Source of the DNA: Eledone cirrhosa
Taxonomy: Eukaryota
Length of the DNA stretch: 64,000 nucleotides
NCBI GenBank assembly: GCA_964016885.1
Contig: OZ024742.1
Span: forward strand, 307,210,001 to 307,274,000
Direction: 5' to 3'
Under the pieces are notes generated by a model, which searched no databases, was not told the origin of the DNA, and saw only the letters and a program-made list of their open reading frames with translations. How positions within the stretch are numbered: position 1 is the first letter of the stretch; each line of letters begins with the position of its first letter. This document shows, piece by piece, positions 39,630 through 53,206 of the stretch. The position numbers and the translations under genes are program-made.

Positions 39630-40065
39630 GAGGTCGGCACCTATCAGACAGTTGGAACTAGCTGCTACTCTCACAAAATCCCAGCGTGCGTCTAAGATGC
39701 CGTTTCAGTCCGCCGCTAACAGTAAAGGGCGAGACGTACTCAGAAAGGCTTCCAGGCACCTAAAGAAATCTGGCTGTCCGTCCCGGACGGTTGGTTGACG
39801 GCCAACAGTCTAAAGGCACCACCTTCGCCACTCTTCACTTTCAGGACCACCAATTTACCGTCCGAGAAGAAGGTCATCCTTACCTCCAGGCCCAGGCCTT
39901 TCCAAAACAGCACTACCACCCTACCTCCCATTCCCGGCCGACTAAGAGATGCGAAGATCTGATAGTCGTCGAAAATGGGGGCTAGTGCACATGTGTCGGA
40001 AATGTTGGTCACACTGACGGCAATGACATACATATCTAGTGACCCGAGTTCATCCAGCAAACAAC
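39630..40065 (-). mobile_element. Tx1/L1-like APE endonuclease fragment
   Basis: VIAVSVT..., GGRVVVLF, DGKLVVL, FRLLAV, and frameshifted FFRCLEAFL..LLLAAD*N (a GDFN equivalent). Confidence 0.6.
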
Positions 40066-40516
40066 CCTGCTTCTAGGGCCACCCCAGGAGCTTGTGGTGG
40101 TCGGGTGATTCGGCCTCCATTTCTGGTTGGTGGGGGTTCCTTCGGGAACCGTGTTAAAAGTCTACTGGAGGTGTTTAAACTAGGGTTCCCCACGCTGTAG
40201 GGGAAGCTCTCCCTAATGTTCTTATACATTTCTAGTGGCATCTGCACCATCAAAATTGTTTGGGGCACCTTGAAGGTGCAGGTACTGAAAATCTTCCCCT
40301 CTTTCCCTATGTCGTGGCTTCATGTTGCGAGAGCCATTAGTTTTTTGTTGCTATTTTTCAGCAACATGAAGTTGCGAGTTTCTCTTTTTGTCTGTGGTTG
40401 CGCATGTTTTCGTTTATCATCTTGCGATTGTGTTGGTGTTAATGATAATAACAGACACACACACGCAAAAGTTCCCTGGTTTTAAAAAAGGTCACAGAAA
40501 AAAAAAACCCCTGATG

Positions 40517-40692
40517 ATCATCACCATTTTACGTCCGCTTTTCCCTGTTTGCAAGGGTGGGAGGGGTCCTATTCAGCACAGCACCTCTCTACTTGTCACG
40601 GTCCTTCGTCATCTCCACCGTGAGCTTCAGCGATCTGAGGTCTGCTCTCACCACCTCCGCCCATGTTTTTCGTGGTCTTCCTCCAACTGGCA
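40517..40692 (-). mobile_element. RTE family B 3' fragment
   Basis: Matches 5465-5660. Confidence 0.85.
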
Positions 40693-40998
40693 TTAAAACT
40701 AAATAACTTGTACTTTTAATGTTACACTTGACTGACAGCAAACATATTTCTTAAGATTTAAGGCGTTGTCGTGTCGTTTATTTGAATCAAATCATTGAAA
40801 ACAAGAGTAGATAAGGTCATCACCTCTTTGTGTAGGTACACATACACATACACGTATATACCTATATGTGTGTGGACTTTTACCTTTTAACTAAATTCTA
40901 ATAATAAAAGCATTAGTTGAATAAAATGTATTGAAACATTTGTAAAGCTATAAAATGTTTTAAGAAACCTAATCTGTCATCTCATATTGTTTTATATG

Positions 40999-41102
40999 CA
41001 GGATGTCCCGAAAAAAATGAATACATACTTCAACAGATTTCTAATAAATATTGCCTGTACAGGTAATCAAAGTGTGTACACATTTTTTGGGGGGACAACC
41101 TA
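40999..41102. mobile_element. Small Tc1/mariner-type MITE
   Basis: CAGGATGTCCC / GGGACAACCT termini; a partial reverse copy lies at about 10981-11055. Confidence 0.6.
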
Positions 41103-41152
41103 ATATATTCCTTCCATATACTGTACCGATTGTGTTGTTATTTCTGTTTTCC

Positions 41153-41213
<61 letters not shown>

Positions 41214-41284
41214 CACACAAATAAATATATATATGGAGGAAATTTGTAAAGATGGGTTTATTGTGTTGTATCAGATGAAAGAAT

Positions 41285-41669
41285 GGTATTTAACTAATGT
41301 ATTGGTACGCGATGGTGCCCATCCACAGCCCCGGCAGACAGAATGGAGAAGGCGTTTCCTCGGAGGACGGCAAGGGAGACGCGCTGGAAGAGCCATTCCA
41401 GATCGCGAGGCTTACACCTGCGGCTGGCCAGCTCAGCGCCAATGGTGGTGAGTAAGGATGTAGCCCTGGGGCCGAGGACACCAGAAGTTTCCACTGCCAG
41501 GAGAACAACCGCAAACCTGTCGGAGAGCGACCGGTATTTGACGAGTTTGGCCCCCTCAACCCGACGTGCGGCAGAACCTGGATCAGTCGCAGACTGCACC
41601 AGGTTGCGGCTGCAGAAAGTGTCGGTGCAGGTGGCATCCCAGACGAGGGGTTTGCCACCGCGGAATCCA
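41285..41669 (-). mobile_element. CRE/SLACS-like LINE C-terminal fragment
   Basis: GKPLVWDATCTDTF...AKLVKY...AVETSGVLG...LFQRVSLAVLRGNA. Confidence 0.78.
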
Positions 41670-43330
41670 ATCCGACTCCTCCACTTCCCCCATCTTCCCA
41701 TCCCCACCCCTCCCCTCCTTCAAACGCGCACGCAATATCCGCACCCTCCTCGTCCGCAGCTCTCTACCCCTCAACCCACGCTCCCCCCCCGGTCCCCTTC
41801 CTTGCTCTAGGCCTCGCTACCACACCTGCCCCCACATCACCAACACCACCACCTTCCAGGGTCCCAACGGCCACTCTCTCTCTGTCCGGCACATCTTCCG
41901 CTGCTCCTCCACCAACCTAGTCTATGGATGTCGCTACACGGAGTACAGCGCAACCTACGTCGGACAGACTGGACGTCGCCTGGCGGACCGTTTCACTGAA
42001 CACCTCCGGGATATTCGTCTCGGCAGCAGTTCCCCCATCGCCCGCCACTTTGGCTCCCATGGATATTCCTCCCACCACCTCAGTCTGTGGCCTACTCCAA
42101 TGCCATGGAACACCCGCCACCCACCTCACGATCGAACAACGCACCATCTTCACCCTACAGATCACCCCCCCCTCCCCCGCCTGAACTCCCCCACCCCTAT
42201 TCCTTTAGCCTTCGACCCCCCACACATCCCCCACTAACACCCCTAACACACTCCTCCTTTTCACCGCCCCACTCCCTTGACCCACCCCACTACCTCTCCC
42301 TGCTCCACCTACACCCCTTCACCCACACGCATCCCACTAACACATCTACTAATATACACTCCGTCCCCCCACATCACCACCTTTCACACCTACCGATCCT
42401 CTCCCCTGTCCACCGCACACACAGACACACAATCCTCACCACATACAGACCATTTCTCCACCGGTCATCCTCCTCTACTGCTATCTCTTCACCCTGCCTT
42501 GATCCTCTGACCACTTCCTGTTGCGCACGCACCCCACATCTCTCCACTTCCGACCATCACAACTAACGGATTCCACACCACCGGTCATCGTTCCAGCTAT
42601 CCACTCTATAACATGAAAAATATCCAACATCTCATCGCACACTCCACGGAACTACCTTAGGAACTTACCCACGAACACTCACATTTGTTTTCGAACCACG
42701 CCACCTACATCCACACCACGTATAAACACAAACACACACGTGCGCACCCCCAATATACACTCAGCCTCCGGAATCCACCCGCCCACCTCCCCCCTCTCCA
42801 TCCACACGCCCACCCTCTCCATCCACACGCCCACCCTCTCCATCCACACGCCCACCCTCTCCATCCACACGCCCACCTCCCCCACCCCTCTCCATCCACA
42901 CGCACGCACACACCGATTACACCCCACCCCACGCACACAGCTTTTCCTGAACATGGAACCTCGTTCTTTCCCCAACTCTCACATTCACATACACACGCAC
43001 ACACACACACACGTACATCTACACAAACATCACCTTCAGCCCTCCCCGCTCTAACCCCCCCCCTCTCACAACTCCACCCGCCACCACCCCTACATGCCTC
43101 ACACCCTTCCACCACTTGTTTATTTTTATGTTTATTTTTATTTCTTCAATCGTTTTTCCTCCCTTTTCTCTCTCCCCCTTTTTTTGAAATGTCTTTCCAC
43201 CACTCCCCCACACACCCTCGGAACTATCTTCCTACCCACTTTTCTCCTGATGGAGGGCTTATGTCCGAAACGTCACCCCGACCCCACCCTACCCACTCTC
43301 AAAAGCGTGAACCTAATAAACTCTTATTTG
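41670..43330 (+). mobile_element. Penelope-like element 3' part (GIY-YIG endonuclease + pLTR)
   Basis: ORF: FKRARNIRTLLVRS..PC.RPRYHTCPHI...FRCSSTNLVYGC....ATYVGQTGRRLADRFTEH...IARHF; C-rich linker; pLTR-like end with a hammerhead-like core at 43247-43274 and AATAAA. Confidence 0.85.
42780..42905. repeat. 21-bp tandem repeat gcccaccctctccatccacac
   Basis: About 5 copies inside the Penelope-like linker. Confidence 0.85.
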
Positions 43331-43368
43331 TACTGCCTCTCTGTTTTTTGTTCCCGTCTAAGTTTTAG

Positions 43369-43423
<55 letters not shown>

Positions 43424-43732
43424 CATACGTATATATATGAATAACTTTTACATAAACACCCTTGGGTTCGGGTAGAATATTTTTCCTGTTTTTTTTTTCT
43501 TTTCTTTCTTCGTGTGTTCTCAAAGAATCTGACCCGTCGGAAATTACTATTTGAAATATCGGAGAGGGAAGGAGGGGCAACTCCGAGTTTCCCACCCTCG
43601 GAGATTTGTTCCTATGTTGTTGTTTTTTGTGTTTTTTGAACGAATCTGACCTTCAAAACCATCGGAAAGTATTCGCACTTTACTTGCACTGATAGGGGGG
43701 GGGGGGGGGCACACACGTTTTCATAACCTTAT

Positions 43733-43774
<42 letters not shown>

Positions 43775-45299
43775 CTACCGAAATCGCGACGGCTTTTTAT
43801 TTAAAAATTTACCATATAGGTAGATAGATAGATATTAGTGTCTAAAATGTTAACACAACTAATAGCAGACGTAAGCACTAATTTAAGACAGAAACAGAAT
43901 ACCAGTTCCACCAACTCACGAGACCCAAACAAAGCATACATCGCTGCCGGCAACTACATTGCCCGTTATATAACAGAACGTTCTTCATTCGCCGCATATT
44001 ATTTAACAACGAAGATAAGACGCCCATGCCTTGCACTTGAATACTAATAATGTCTCTTATGTTTTGAGTTCGAATTCAACTAAATATCAACATTTACGTT
44101 CCATCCTTCCCCTGTGGTCCATAAAATAGATCTAATTGTTACAGTACGGGTGGAGATATTCAAAGAGAGAATTTTACATAGGAACCTTTGTGAAGTTATA
44201 CGTGTTAATTGTAGCCGTTACTTCGCCGAATGTCACCGTTAATATAGCAGACCTATGCAAGGTATTGCTACCATGGCAATCCCCCCTCCCACACACACAC
44301 TCACAAATCACACTAACCAAATAATTCCTTCCCAGCCATCCACTTTTTTGTGTGAAGATAGAAGTAGTGATTTGAGAATGTTGGCTGCTATTTCTAGCAG
44401 GTCGAGCGAAATCGTAGACACTCGCTCGCGTACCTTCCCCCAAATTGCTTGACCATGTCATACATGTTAAAAATCAACATGTACATAGAAAATGTTCGTT
44501 ACAGAGTTTTCTTGAATAACATATTAACAACGATAGTAGATACATGTTAGTATGTGACTATAATAATAATTTAACTCTACAAAGAAATTAAATTAAAAAT
44601 CAGAAAAAAAGGGTTATTTGAGAAGCAATATAACATATTGAATTGATTTTTCGTGAAGGGTCAAGTATTTTTAAATGACAGCAGGGGTATGTTGACTTCC
44701 AAACGATTTACGTTTGTTTAATGAAAAACCTAAGCTATCACAGCCTAACACGTAAGTAAACATTCGTGAAACATACTAAAACATCGATATTAATACTATT
44801 TCGACACAATGGAATAATATAGAGAGAAAAATCGAATTATTTTTAAATGATGACTTACATATTTGACACATCGAAACGATCCGGAAGTCCTACTACATCA
44901 TCATTTTATGTCTTAGATTAAACGTCATCAAATAGTGATTACTTAATCGTTATTGACATAACAGACCGAGAAATTATAGTTATCTTCTCTTGTCTCGGTT
45001 GTCCTAATCTTCCGTCCCCGCCTCCCTCTCTCTATCTATTAGTCTGTCTCTTTTTTTCTCTTTCTATCTATGTTTTTCTCGCCTCTCCCCACTCCGACTA
45101 TTATATAGTCTTTTATTTGTGTCAAGCATTGAATTGCGGCCATGCTGGAACACTGCTTCCAATGAGTTTTAGACGATTATATTAACCTTAATACATGTTT
45201 TAGTTTGATTATTTTATCAATCTTAATTTATCTAACCGCTATGTCTCAGTATAAAGATATTAAAATCGGAACACCGGTAATCATAATCCCTTATACACA

Positions 45300-45633
45300 C
45301 AAGGCTGGATTTAATGGGGGTGGGCAAAGAGGGCAATTGCCCCGGGACTCCAAGCAGTGGGGGTGGGGGGCACCAGCGACGGTCGTAGCAATTTATTTGT
45401 GCTCTCAGATGAGCTTTTTAGTTTTAGGATGGTTAAACATTTTAAATTTAATACCTCTTTGTATAACCTTTCAATTCCAATTATTTGCGCCAAGTTAACT
45501 TTCATATGTAAAATTGAGGTTTTGCAGTATATTCTAATTTGTTTGTATGAGTGACCCCCCCCCCCTCTCCGCTCCTCCTACCCCAAAAAACCTGGAGTGC
45601 ACCGAGCATCCACAAGATCTAAATCCAATCCTG
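45300..45633. mobile_element. hAT MITE
   Basis: Degenerate TIR CAAGGCTGGATTTA / TAAATCCAATCCTG; 8-bp TSD tatacaca. Confidence 0.72.
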
Positions 45634-46130
45634 TATACACACATACCTACATACTCAGACGCGCACATGTAGATTTATTTCAGTACACAGGAAGAAACAT
45701 CTATCGGTTTCGACGATGAGTGTACTGTTGTTTCATCAATGGGACAACCTGCTCATGAAATTAATGTGTAAGTGGCTGAGCATTCCACAGAAGGATATTC
45801 TCAGGGAAATTCAACGTGATAGTCCCTGACAAGACTGGCTTTTTTAATTACAGGTACAGTCCATCCAACGGAATTCTAAACACTCTTCATACCCAAATTT
45901 ACTTACAAGGCTTGGGTAGACCCGAGGATGGAATGACAATTGTCCCAGATAATCGGTCTGTGAGATCGAACCTAGAACCTAATTGCGTTGCGTCGTCTTC
46001 GTTTGCTACTGTTTGAAAGTTTCCCTAAGTTATTGCTTTCCTTACTACATGAAGAGTTGTGGCATGGTGTGTATATTTGGAATTGGTAGATGGCGCTGGC
46101 TTTTTTCCCAATCTTGATTGTAATTAACCT

Positions 46131-46452
46131 CTCAACAATGTTACATGGTAGGGAGACCTGGGCGCTGTCTGTAGAAGACTTGAGTAGATTAGAAAGAAAC
46201 GAAGCTTGCATGCTCCGATGGATGTGTAATAGTAATATACGCGAACGGCAAAGCATAAACGAATTAAAGCACCCAGCCCACACTGTAAAGTGGACGTGTA
46301 GGCGCCACGGAAAAAAAAAACACCCAGCACTCACTGTAAATGAGGTTGGTGTTAGGAAGGGCATCCAGCTGTAGAAATCAAGCCAGTCTAACTCATGCTA
46401 GCGTGGAAGAACGGACGTAAAACGGTGATGATGATGATGATGATGATGATGA
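46131..46452 (+). mobile_element. RTE family A fragment with internal deletion
   Basis: MLHGRETWAL..LERNEACMLRWMCNSN joined directly to the family A 3' module and (GAT)n tail. Confidence 0.85.
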
Positions 46453-47774
46453 TATATATGTATATATATATATATATAAGCAAAATAAATGGAGAAGGCA
46501 ATACATTCAAAAACAAAATTTACTCCTTGTACGGTTTCATTTACTCGATATCAATATAACAGTTCTATACATATATGTGTGCGTATGCATATATATATTG
46601 CTATAAGGGATATTTGGCACTACAACGCTATTAGCTGTCAGTCGTGAAAGCAGGCGAAGGTGACGTCATTCATCATCGTTTATTTCTGTATTACTACCAC
46701 CACGCGTAAGTGGAGTTTTCACGCGTTTTTAATTTTTTTTATTAAAGCATATCGATGTAAGTGGAGTTACTTAAATGAAAATATAGGTGGCCCTTAAAAG
46801 GGTCAAATTAGAAAACAAATTTAAGTTAATTAGAAAAAAAAAAAATCCACTTACGCGTGGTAGTAATACGGAAATAAACGATGTTTTGCTTTCATCGGCT
46901 GCTTTCGACTGACAGCTAATAAATAGCGTTGTAGTGCCGGATATTTTCATAGAATCTTCAGAGAAGAAACATTGTTTATAATGATGTTGCTGGAAGGTAG
47001 TCCAATTTATATAACAGCGATTGAAAATTAACATTACTTGAATAAATATTCCTTTAGAAGAGAGATAAAAACACGTCGGAGTGCGGTTAACTCTCATTAA
47101 ATATTGACCTTTCTATAATATTTAACATTGCACCTCTAAGCATTGAGCACACTTCGCTTCGGCTATTGGCATCTAATATATTGTATCATAATTTTCTCTC
47201 TTCCTCTCTTATGATATATGTCTCTTCTTTGATATATATATATATGCTGCCTCTGAAATATTCTTGACCAACTCTGGGTGTAGGATGGACTCTATGCTAT
47301 GTGTTGCTCTCAGATCTTGGCCGTGTCTGGGTGTAGAATAAACCCTACGCTGTATATTGCTCTGGCCATATACATGTTTGGGTGAAGAATAATCCTTATA
47401 CTGTTTATTGTTTTCTGGTATTGGTCTATTCCCCTCCAAATAGCAACCTAGTTGGAGTGAATTGACTTCCACCCTCTTCTTTCACGCTTACAATATAAAG
47501 TACATTTAACAGATGTTGCGTTGTGTCAGCAAATTAATAATATCTGGTTACTTATCTCTCAGACAAACATTGTTCCCTGTTCTAATTTTCTCTAAACGTA
47601 AACGAACTCATTGTTCTTTTTCAAATAGCTATCCTCTCTTTTTATATACTTACATAATTTGTTATCCTCAGCCGGTCCTTTAAGCTGAGCTCCGTTAGCC
47701 ACATGTTTCTGGGTAATTTCGAGGTTGATAAAATAAAGAAAGTACTGGCCTTGTGCTTACATTAGAAATCATTC

Positions 47775-47962
47775 GGTGAATTGGCAGTATCGGTAGAGGG
47801 TCGGACACCATGCTTTGACGCATAGAGTTACGGCCCTTGCCATTCTGAGTTCAAATCCCGCCGAGGTTAACTTTGCCTTTCATCCTTATGGGGTCGATAA
47901 AATAAAGTACCAGTAATGCACTAGTTAATTGCTGGCCTTGTGCCAAAAAGTAGAAACAATTA
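47775..47962 (+). mobile_element. Dominant SINE copy (same subfamily as 11622)
   Basis: Shares the diagnostic ctttgacgcatagagttacggcccttgccattctgag with the 11622 copy. Confidence 0.85.
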
Positions 47963-48389
47963 TTAGTCGTATTGGACACATAATAGGGAAATAGGGAAAC
48001 TAAGAAAAACTACTCTCTAATATATATTCTAAATATGTACGGTGTATTTAATATAAATTCCAAACATTTACGGAGTTATTTAGGTTTTGTTTTTGATAAA
48101 GAATTTATTAGTAATTTTCAACTTGAAATCCGAGACGATGAGACAAATATTTTCTAAGATGTAGAAAATTCATTCTGCGCCATTGTAAAAGTTATTAGGA
48201 CACAAAACAAAAATCAAATTATAGGAAACTAGTTATTATCTACGTCAGCAAAAATCTAATATTTCTTGTATGTCAGTGAATCCCGTTACTTTTCATGTGC
48301 GTTAAGCTACTTAAAACACAAGAACTCTTCTGGACAAGACGTCAATCTATCGTAGAGTTAACCACTACCAGTTGTTGGTACTAATTTTC

Positions 48390-49037
48390 GGCATAGGTTA
48401 AGAATAACGTCCTCGAAATTGAAAGTGGATTTTTTGACAAGTGAATGTGTTTTTTTTTTTTTTTTACAGTGAAATTTACGATACACTCTTTGTTTATTTA
48501 CAACAAGTCTCGATAGTGATATGGTGTTAATTAGTATTGCGTGTGTGATTATTTTCTCTTATATATATATGTGGGGGTGTGTATATGTGTGTATATATAT
48601 GTGTGTCTGTATGTATGTATATATATATGTGTTTGTGTCATCATCATCGTTTAGATGTTTTTGTAATATCTTGCCAAAGTTGGCACCAACTATAAACAAA
48701 TTAAGGCCGGGTCATAAGAAGGACAGAGAATGATAAGGGATTTGGGTAAAAACATCTAAACGATGATGATGACACAAACACATATATATATATACAAACA
48801 CACACATATATATACATACAGACACACATATATATACACACATATACACACCCACACATATATATATAAGAGAAAATAATCACACACGCAATACTAATTA
48901 ACACCATATCACTATAGAGACCTGTTGTAAATAAACAAAGAGTGTATCGTAAATTTCATTGTAAAAAAAAAAAAAAACACATTCACTTGTCAGAAAATCC
49001 ACTTTCAATTTCGAGGACGTTATTCTTAACCTATGCC
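48390..49037. mobile_element. Merlin-family foldback MITE
   Basis: About 270-bp inverted arms starting GGCATAGGTT; perfect 9-bp TSD ctaattttc (48381-48389 / 49038-49046); the arm is homologous to the left arm of the 9662 element. Confidence 0.88.
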
Positions 49038-50385
49038 CTAATTTTCAGCTGAATATACTGGAACAACGGGAAATAATTTTTTTTTTTTTTTTTTTTCAAG
49101 AACACAACGCACCACCTGGTCCAGAAATGGAACCCACGATATTATGATCGTAACACCTTGACCACTAGGCCACGCACCGTAAAACAAAAAGAAAAAGTGG
49201 GTTGATTTTTACTATTACAACCGTCTCGCTTTTGAGGTGAAATTTGTGTTATTTTTTGGTATCTTGAACGAACCTGACATTCAAACCCGTCGGAAATTAT
49301 TCGTTTTTAAGTTAACTGGGGAGATGGAACACCCATGAAGTTCTCTGGTTTGGAGGTGAATTTTACACCCGTCTCACTTTGGATGTGAAATGTGTGTTTT
49401 TCGTAGGTCTTTAAAAATGTATTTTGAACGAATATGGCCTTCAAAATCTTTGTTTATAATTGTTTTTATTAGTTCATATTCGTTCAAAAGGACATAAAAT
49501 AAAACACAGAAAAAACAAATTTGACCTAAAAAACGGACAGACTTAATAGTAAAAATTTACCATACCATTATTTGGCATTACTTATACTGTAGTCATTGAC
49601 AGTGAGAAAGCGCCTGGCTTAGTGGTTAGAGTATTTGACTTACGATCGTAAGGCCCTGAGTTTGATTCTGGGCGGCGCGTTGTGTCCTTGAACAAGATAT
49701 TTTATTTTACCTTGCTTCAGTCTACTCAGCTGGCGAAAATGAGTTGTACCAGTAATTCAAAATGATCAGCTTTATCACACTGAATCTCCCTCAGAACTGC
49801 GTTAAGAGTACACGTATCTGTGGAACCTTCAGCCACTCGTCCATTAATTTCAAGAATGAAACAGCAGTGATTTCTTTTTATTCCCCTAAAGCTTTCTAAA
49901 TGTGAACACAATTATAGTAGAAGAGTTAGAACTTATCTAGCTTTAAATAGCTGTAACAATGTTATTACCCATCTCACACCATTTTCATGTTTCCTCTTTT
50001 TTCCCTTTCATCCTTATTTTTGTCCCCATTCTCGCGTGATGCTTTTCCCACTGTTACGCTAGCAGCTTCTTCCAACTCCAGTTTGAGTTTGTATCGTTCA
50101 GTTTGTTTATGTTTTGTATAAATACAAAATGAGAGGAGGAGGTCTGGGCCACTAACATTCCAGCAGCACATTACACGCAAAACATCGCCACCGATAATTA
50201 CTGGCGCAATTCGTTCGCACAATCACGAAGTAGACGCCGCTTCCCTCATCAATATTTGTATTGAAATACACAACTTAACACCAAATATAGACACTTAGTA
50301 ATATTATTTATTAAACATCAGTGACTCAGTTCGTTAAAGGATTGCTTAACTACGCTACTAGCAGAAAACTAAACAGATATAGTAC

Positions 50386-52391
50386 TATAACAAAATACTG
50401 GATTGTATGAATATAACAAGAGACGTGGTTTGTGTGTATAATATTTAATTAACAAGTTGCAGTTATGTAGAACAGAATGGTTGACAAGTCAATGAAAGAA
50501 TGAAGTAAAGTCATTTGTTACCGTTTTGAAGTTAGCTCGCAAGAGGCCATGTTAGGGTTGCCAGACGAACGCGCCTGGCCGAAGGGCCAAGCAGGTTAGA
50601 AGGCCAGGAGCCGAAAGGCAAATGAGAGAGAGAGCTGAAAGTTATTCCCTTTATAGGTCCTGGGGCAGAAGTGACAAAAAAGGCTCTGCCACCCCAACGG
50701 GAAGCAACTCCAGCTACTTCCTGTCTAGAGAGCGTTACTCTATTGGTGATGTCATCGTCACAACAAGGGAGGCAACTCTTGCTACATTATCCCCCGCCGG
50801 ATTTTTAAAACATAAAAATCGAATGAAACATGTATGGAGTAAGATCGCGAGCATGTAACAGGCATGAAAATTACGAAAAAAAATAATGTTTGCAATAAAA
50901 GGAAAATAGCAAAATATATGCATGCAAAAATCAATGATAGATATCAAGGTAGCCAACCGCTCTTGGTCAGAGAACTATCTATCCATCACTCAAAGATACA
51001 ATGTAATCAAATTAAAAGAAGAGGTCAAAGTTCAAATGTTCAAAATACAGTTCACATGTGTGCAATCACATGACAGCAGGAAAGAAAGTGTGTTCCAGAG
51101 AATGAATGCAGCTGGTTTCTGGTCTGTGGTATAACGTGAAATTTTCAACCTCCGAAGGGATTTTCTCACAGGAAGAGTGCTGCAAAAATAAATTCTCTGG
51201 CTTGTTCTGCTGGTTTTGGTTGTTGATGAAGCTGTGTTGTTGTTGATGTTGTTGTCTCGCGGAGTGAGCGTATTCGATTTTTAAATTCACAGTAAAAATT
51301 TTCACAGATAAAATGAGTTGCGCAAAGTGCTAGAAATAACAGCCAAAGTTGATGGTCGATGTTGAGAATGCGTTGACCTGGAAGGGTCAAGAGGCCAGCG
51401 ACCAAAGAAATAAGCATTCTGAATAAATGCGCAGTTTTCAACGGCAAATTTACGTGGTAAATTTTTAAACCGGCAAATAGGAGAATATAGCTTAAGGCTG
51501 GAGAATCCTTGGCGAGAAACATTATCCCTGGCGTGTGGTTATCTCAGTGAGTCGAAATGTGTGCTGCCTACACGTGCCGAAACAAGGTTAAGAAAAAAAA
51601 AAAAATTTCTATTGCGCGAAAATGATAGTGCAACAGGTCGTTGGCAGCCATTTTGAAAAATGTGTGTGTGAACGTGACAATATGATGAAACAGAAAGAAA
51701 GGCTTCACTTAGTATAACAAATATGGCGAGTTCAATTTTTTTTGTGAACGATGAAAAAAAAAAAACTTGGCAGAAAGAATAAGCAATAGTTGAGATTCAG
51801 CAAAAATAAATGTTCATGTTGAAAAAGAATCTGTCTGAACGAGAATTTCACATGTGCATGTGTTCGTTTCTGTGTCTGCGAATTTTTCCTAGTTTGCTGC
51901 GTATTCGAAAAATTCCAACGAAAATGAGGAACTGCTAATTAATTTTCTTTTTTCCATACCCACACAACACCAGATTCTGTTATTTTTTCTTTTCTATTCG
52001 GGGTCACCACTTATAACAAAATACTGGTGTGTATGAATATAACAAGAGACGTGGTTTGTGTGTATAATATTTAATTAACAAGTTGCAGTTATGTAGAACA
52101 GAATGGTTGACAAGTCAATGAAAGTAGATGAAAGAATGAAGTAAGGTATTTGTTACCGTTTTGAAGTTAGCTCGCAAGAGGCCATGTTAGGGTTGCCAGA
52201 CGAACGCGCCTGGCCGAAAGGCAAATGAGAGAGAGAGAGCTGAAAGTTATTCCCTTTATAGGTCCTGGGGCGGAAGTGACAAAAAGGTCTCTGCCACCCC
52301 AACTGGAAGCAACTCCAGCTACTTCCTGTCTAGAGAGCATTACTCTATTGGTGATGTCATCGTCACAACAAGGGAGGCAACTCTTGCTACA
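50386..52391 (-). mobile_element. Non-autonomous LTR retrotransposon (2.0 kb)
   Basis: Direct repeats 52012-52391 and 50386-50786 (TGTAGC...GTTATA on minus); 4-bp TSD GTAC; PBS TGGTGACCCCGA (51998-52009); purine-rich GGCGGGGGATAA before the 3' LTR; no pol. Confidence 0.9.
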
Positions 52392-53206
52392 GTACCAACA
52401 CATGCAATACACATCGATAAAACCTATAATCTAATTCATCTGACATTGATCTGTTCACGTAAGTAAATCAAACGGCATATTAGAAAGTGTTAAGAAAAGG
52501 AGTGGGCATTATAAGATTTGAATGGAATGAACCTCCATCAGTATCGACAATGAGTGTTCTAGTTGATTTAATCAAAAGAAATGCCTGCTTATGAAATTAA
52601 TATGTAAGTGGCTGGACATTTAACAGACACATGTACCCACAACGTAAATCTCAGGGAGATTCAGCTTGGCACAATGCAGGGCAAGGCTGGCCCTTTGAAT
52701 TAGCGGTTGAGTATATTTGATGGGCTTCGAAATAATTTCCATCTATGCAGTTTCATTCACAAGGCATGGATCAATCCAAGATTATGGTAGATGACGCTTG
52801 TCCAAGATGCTACACAGTAGGATTGGACTCAGGATAAAATGATTGTAAAGCAAACCTCTTAACCATTTAGCCATACTGTGTCCATTGTAAGACTGGAACA
52901 ACAATTATGATGAAAGTGATGTTTACTAAATAGTCCAAGACCACTTTATTGGTAAATTATATTTATCAAGCACATTGCTTTATAAATATAATTGTTTCTT
53001 TCTTTAGGTACAAGGCCAGCAATTCGAAGGGGAGGGGAAAGTCGATTAAATAGACCCTCAGTGCATTAGTGGGCTGTGTGGTTACAAGTGAATATTATTT
53101 TTAAAAACCTGTATAATAAAGTACCAGTAATGTACTCAGTAATTGCTGGCCTTGTGCTAAAAGTAGAAACAATTATAACACAAGTCACAAACATAATATA
53201 TATATA

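Noticed and set aside
51066-51522. Possible gag ORF in the LTR element interior
   Set aside because: No convincing CCHC knuckle or capsid motif in the frames examined.
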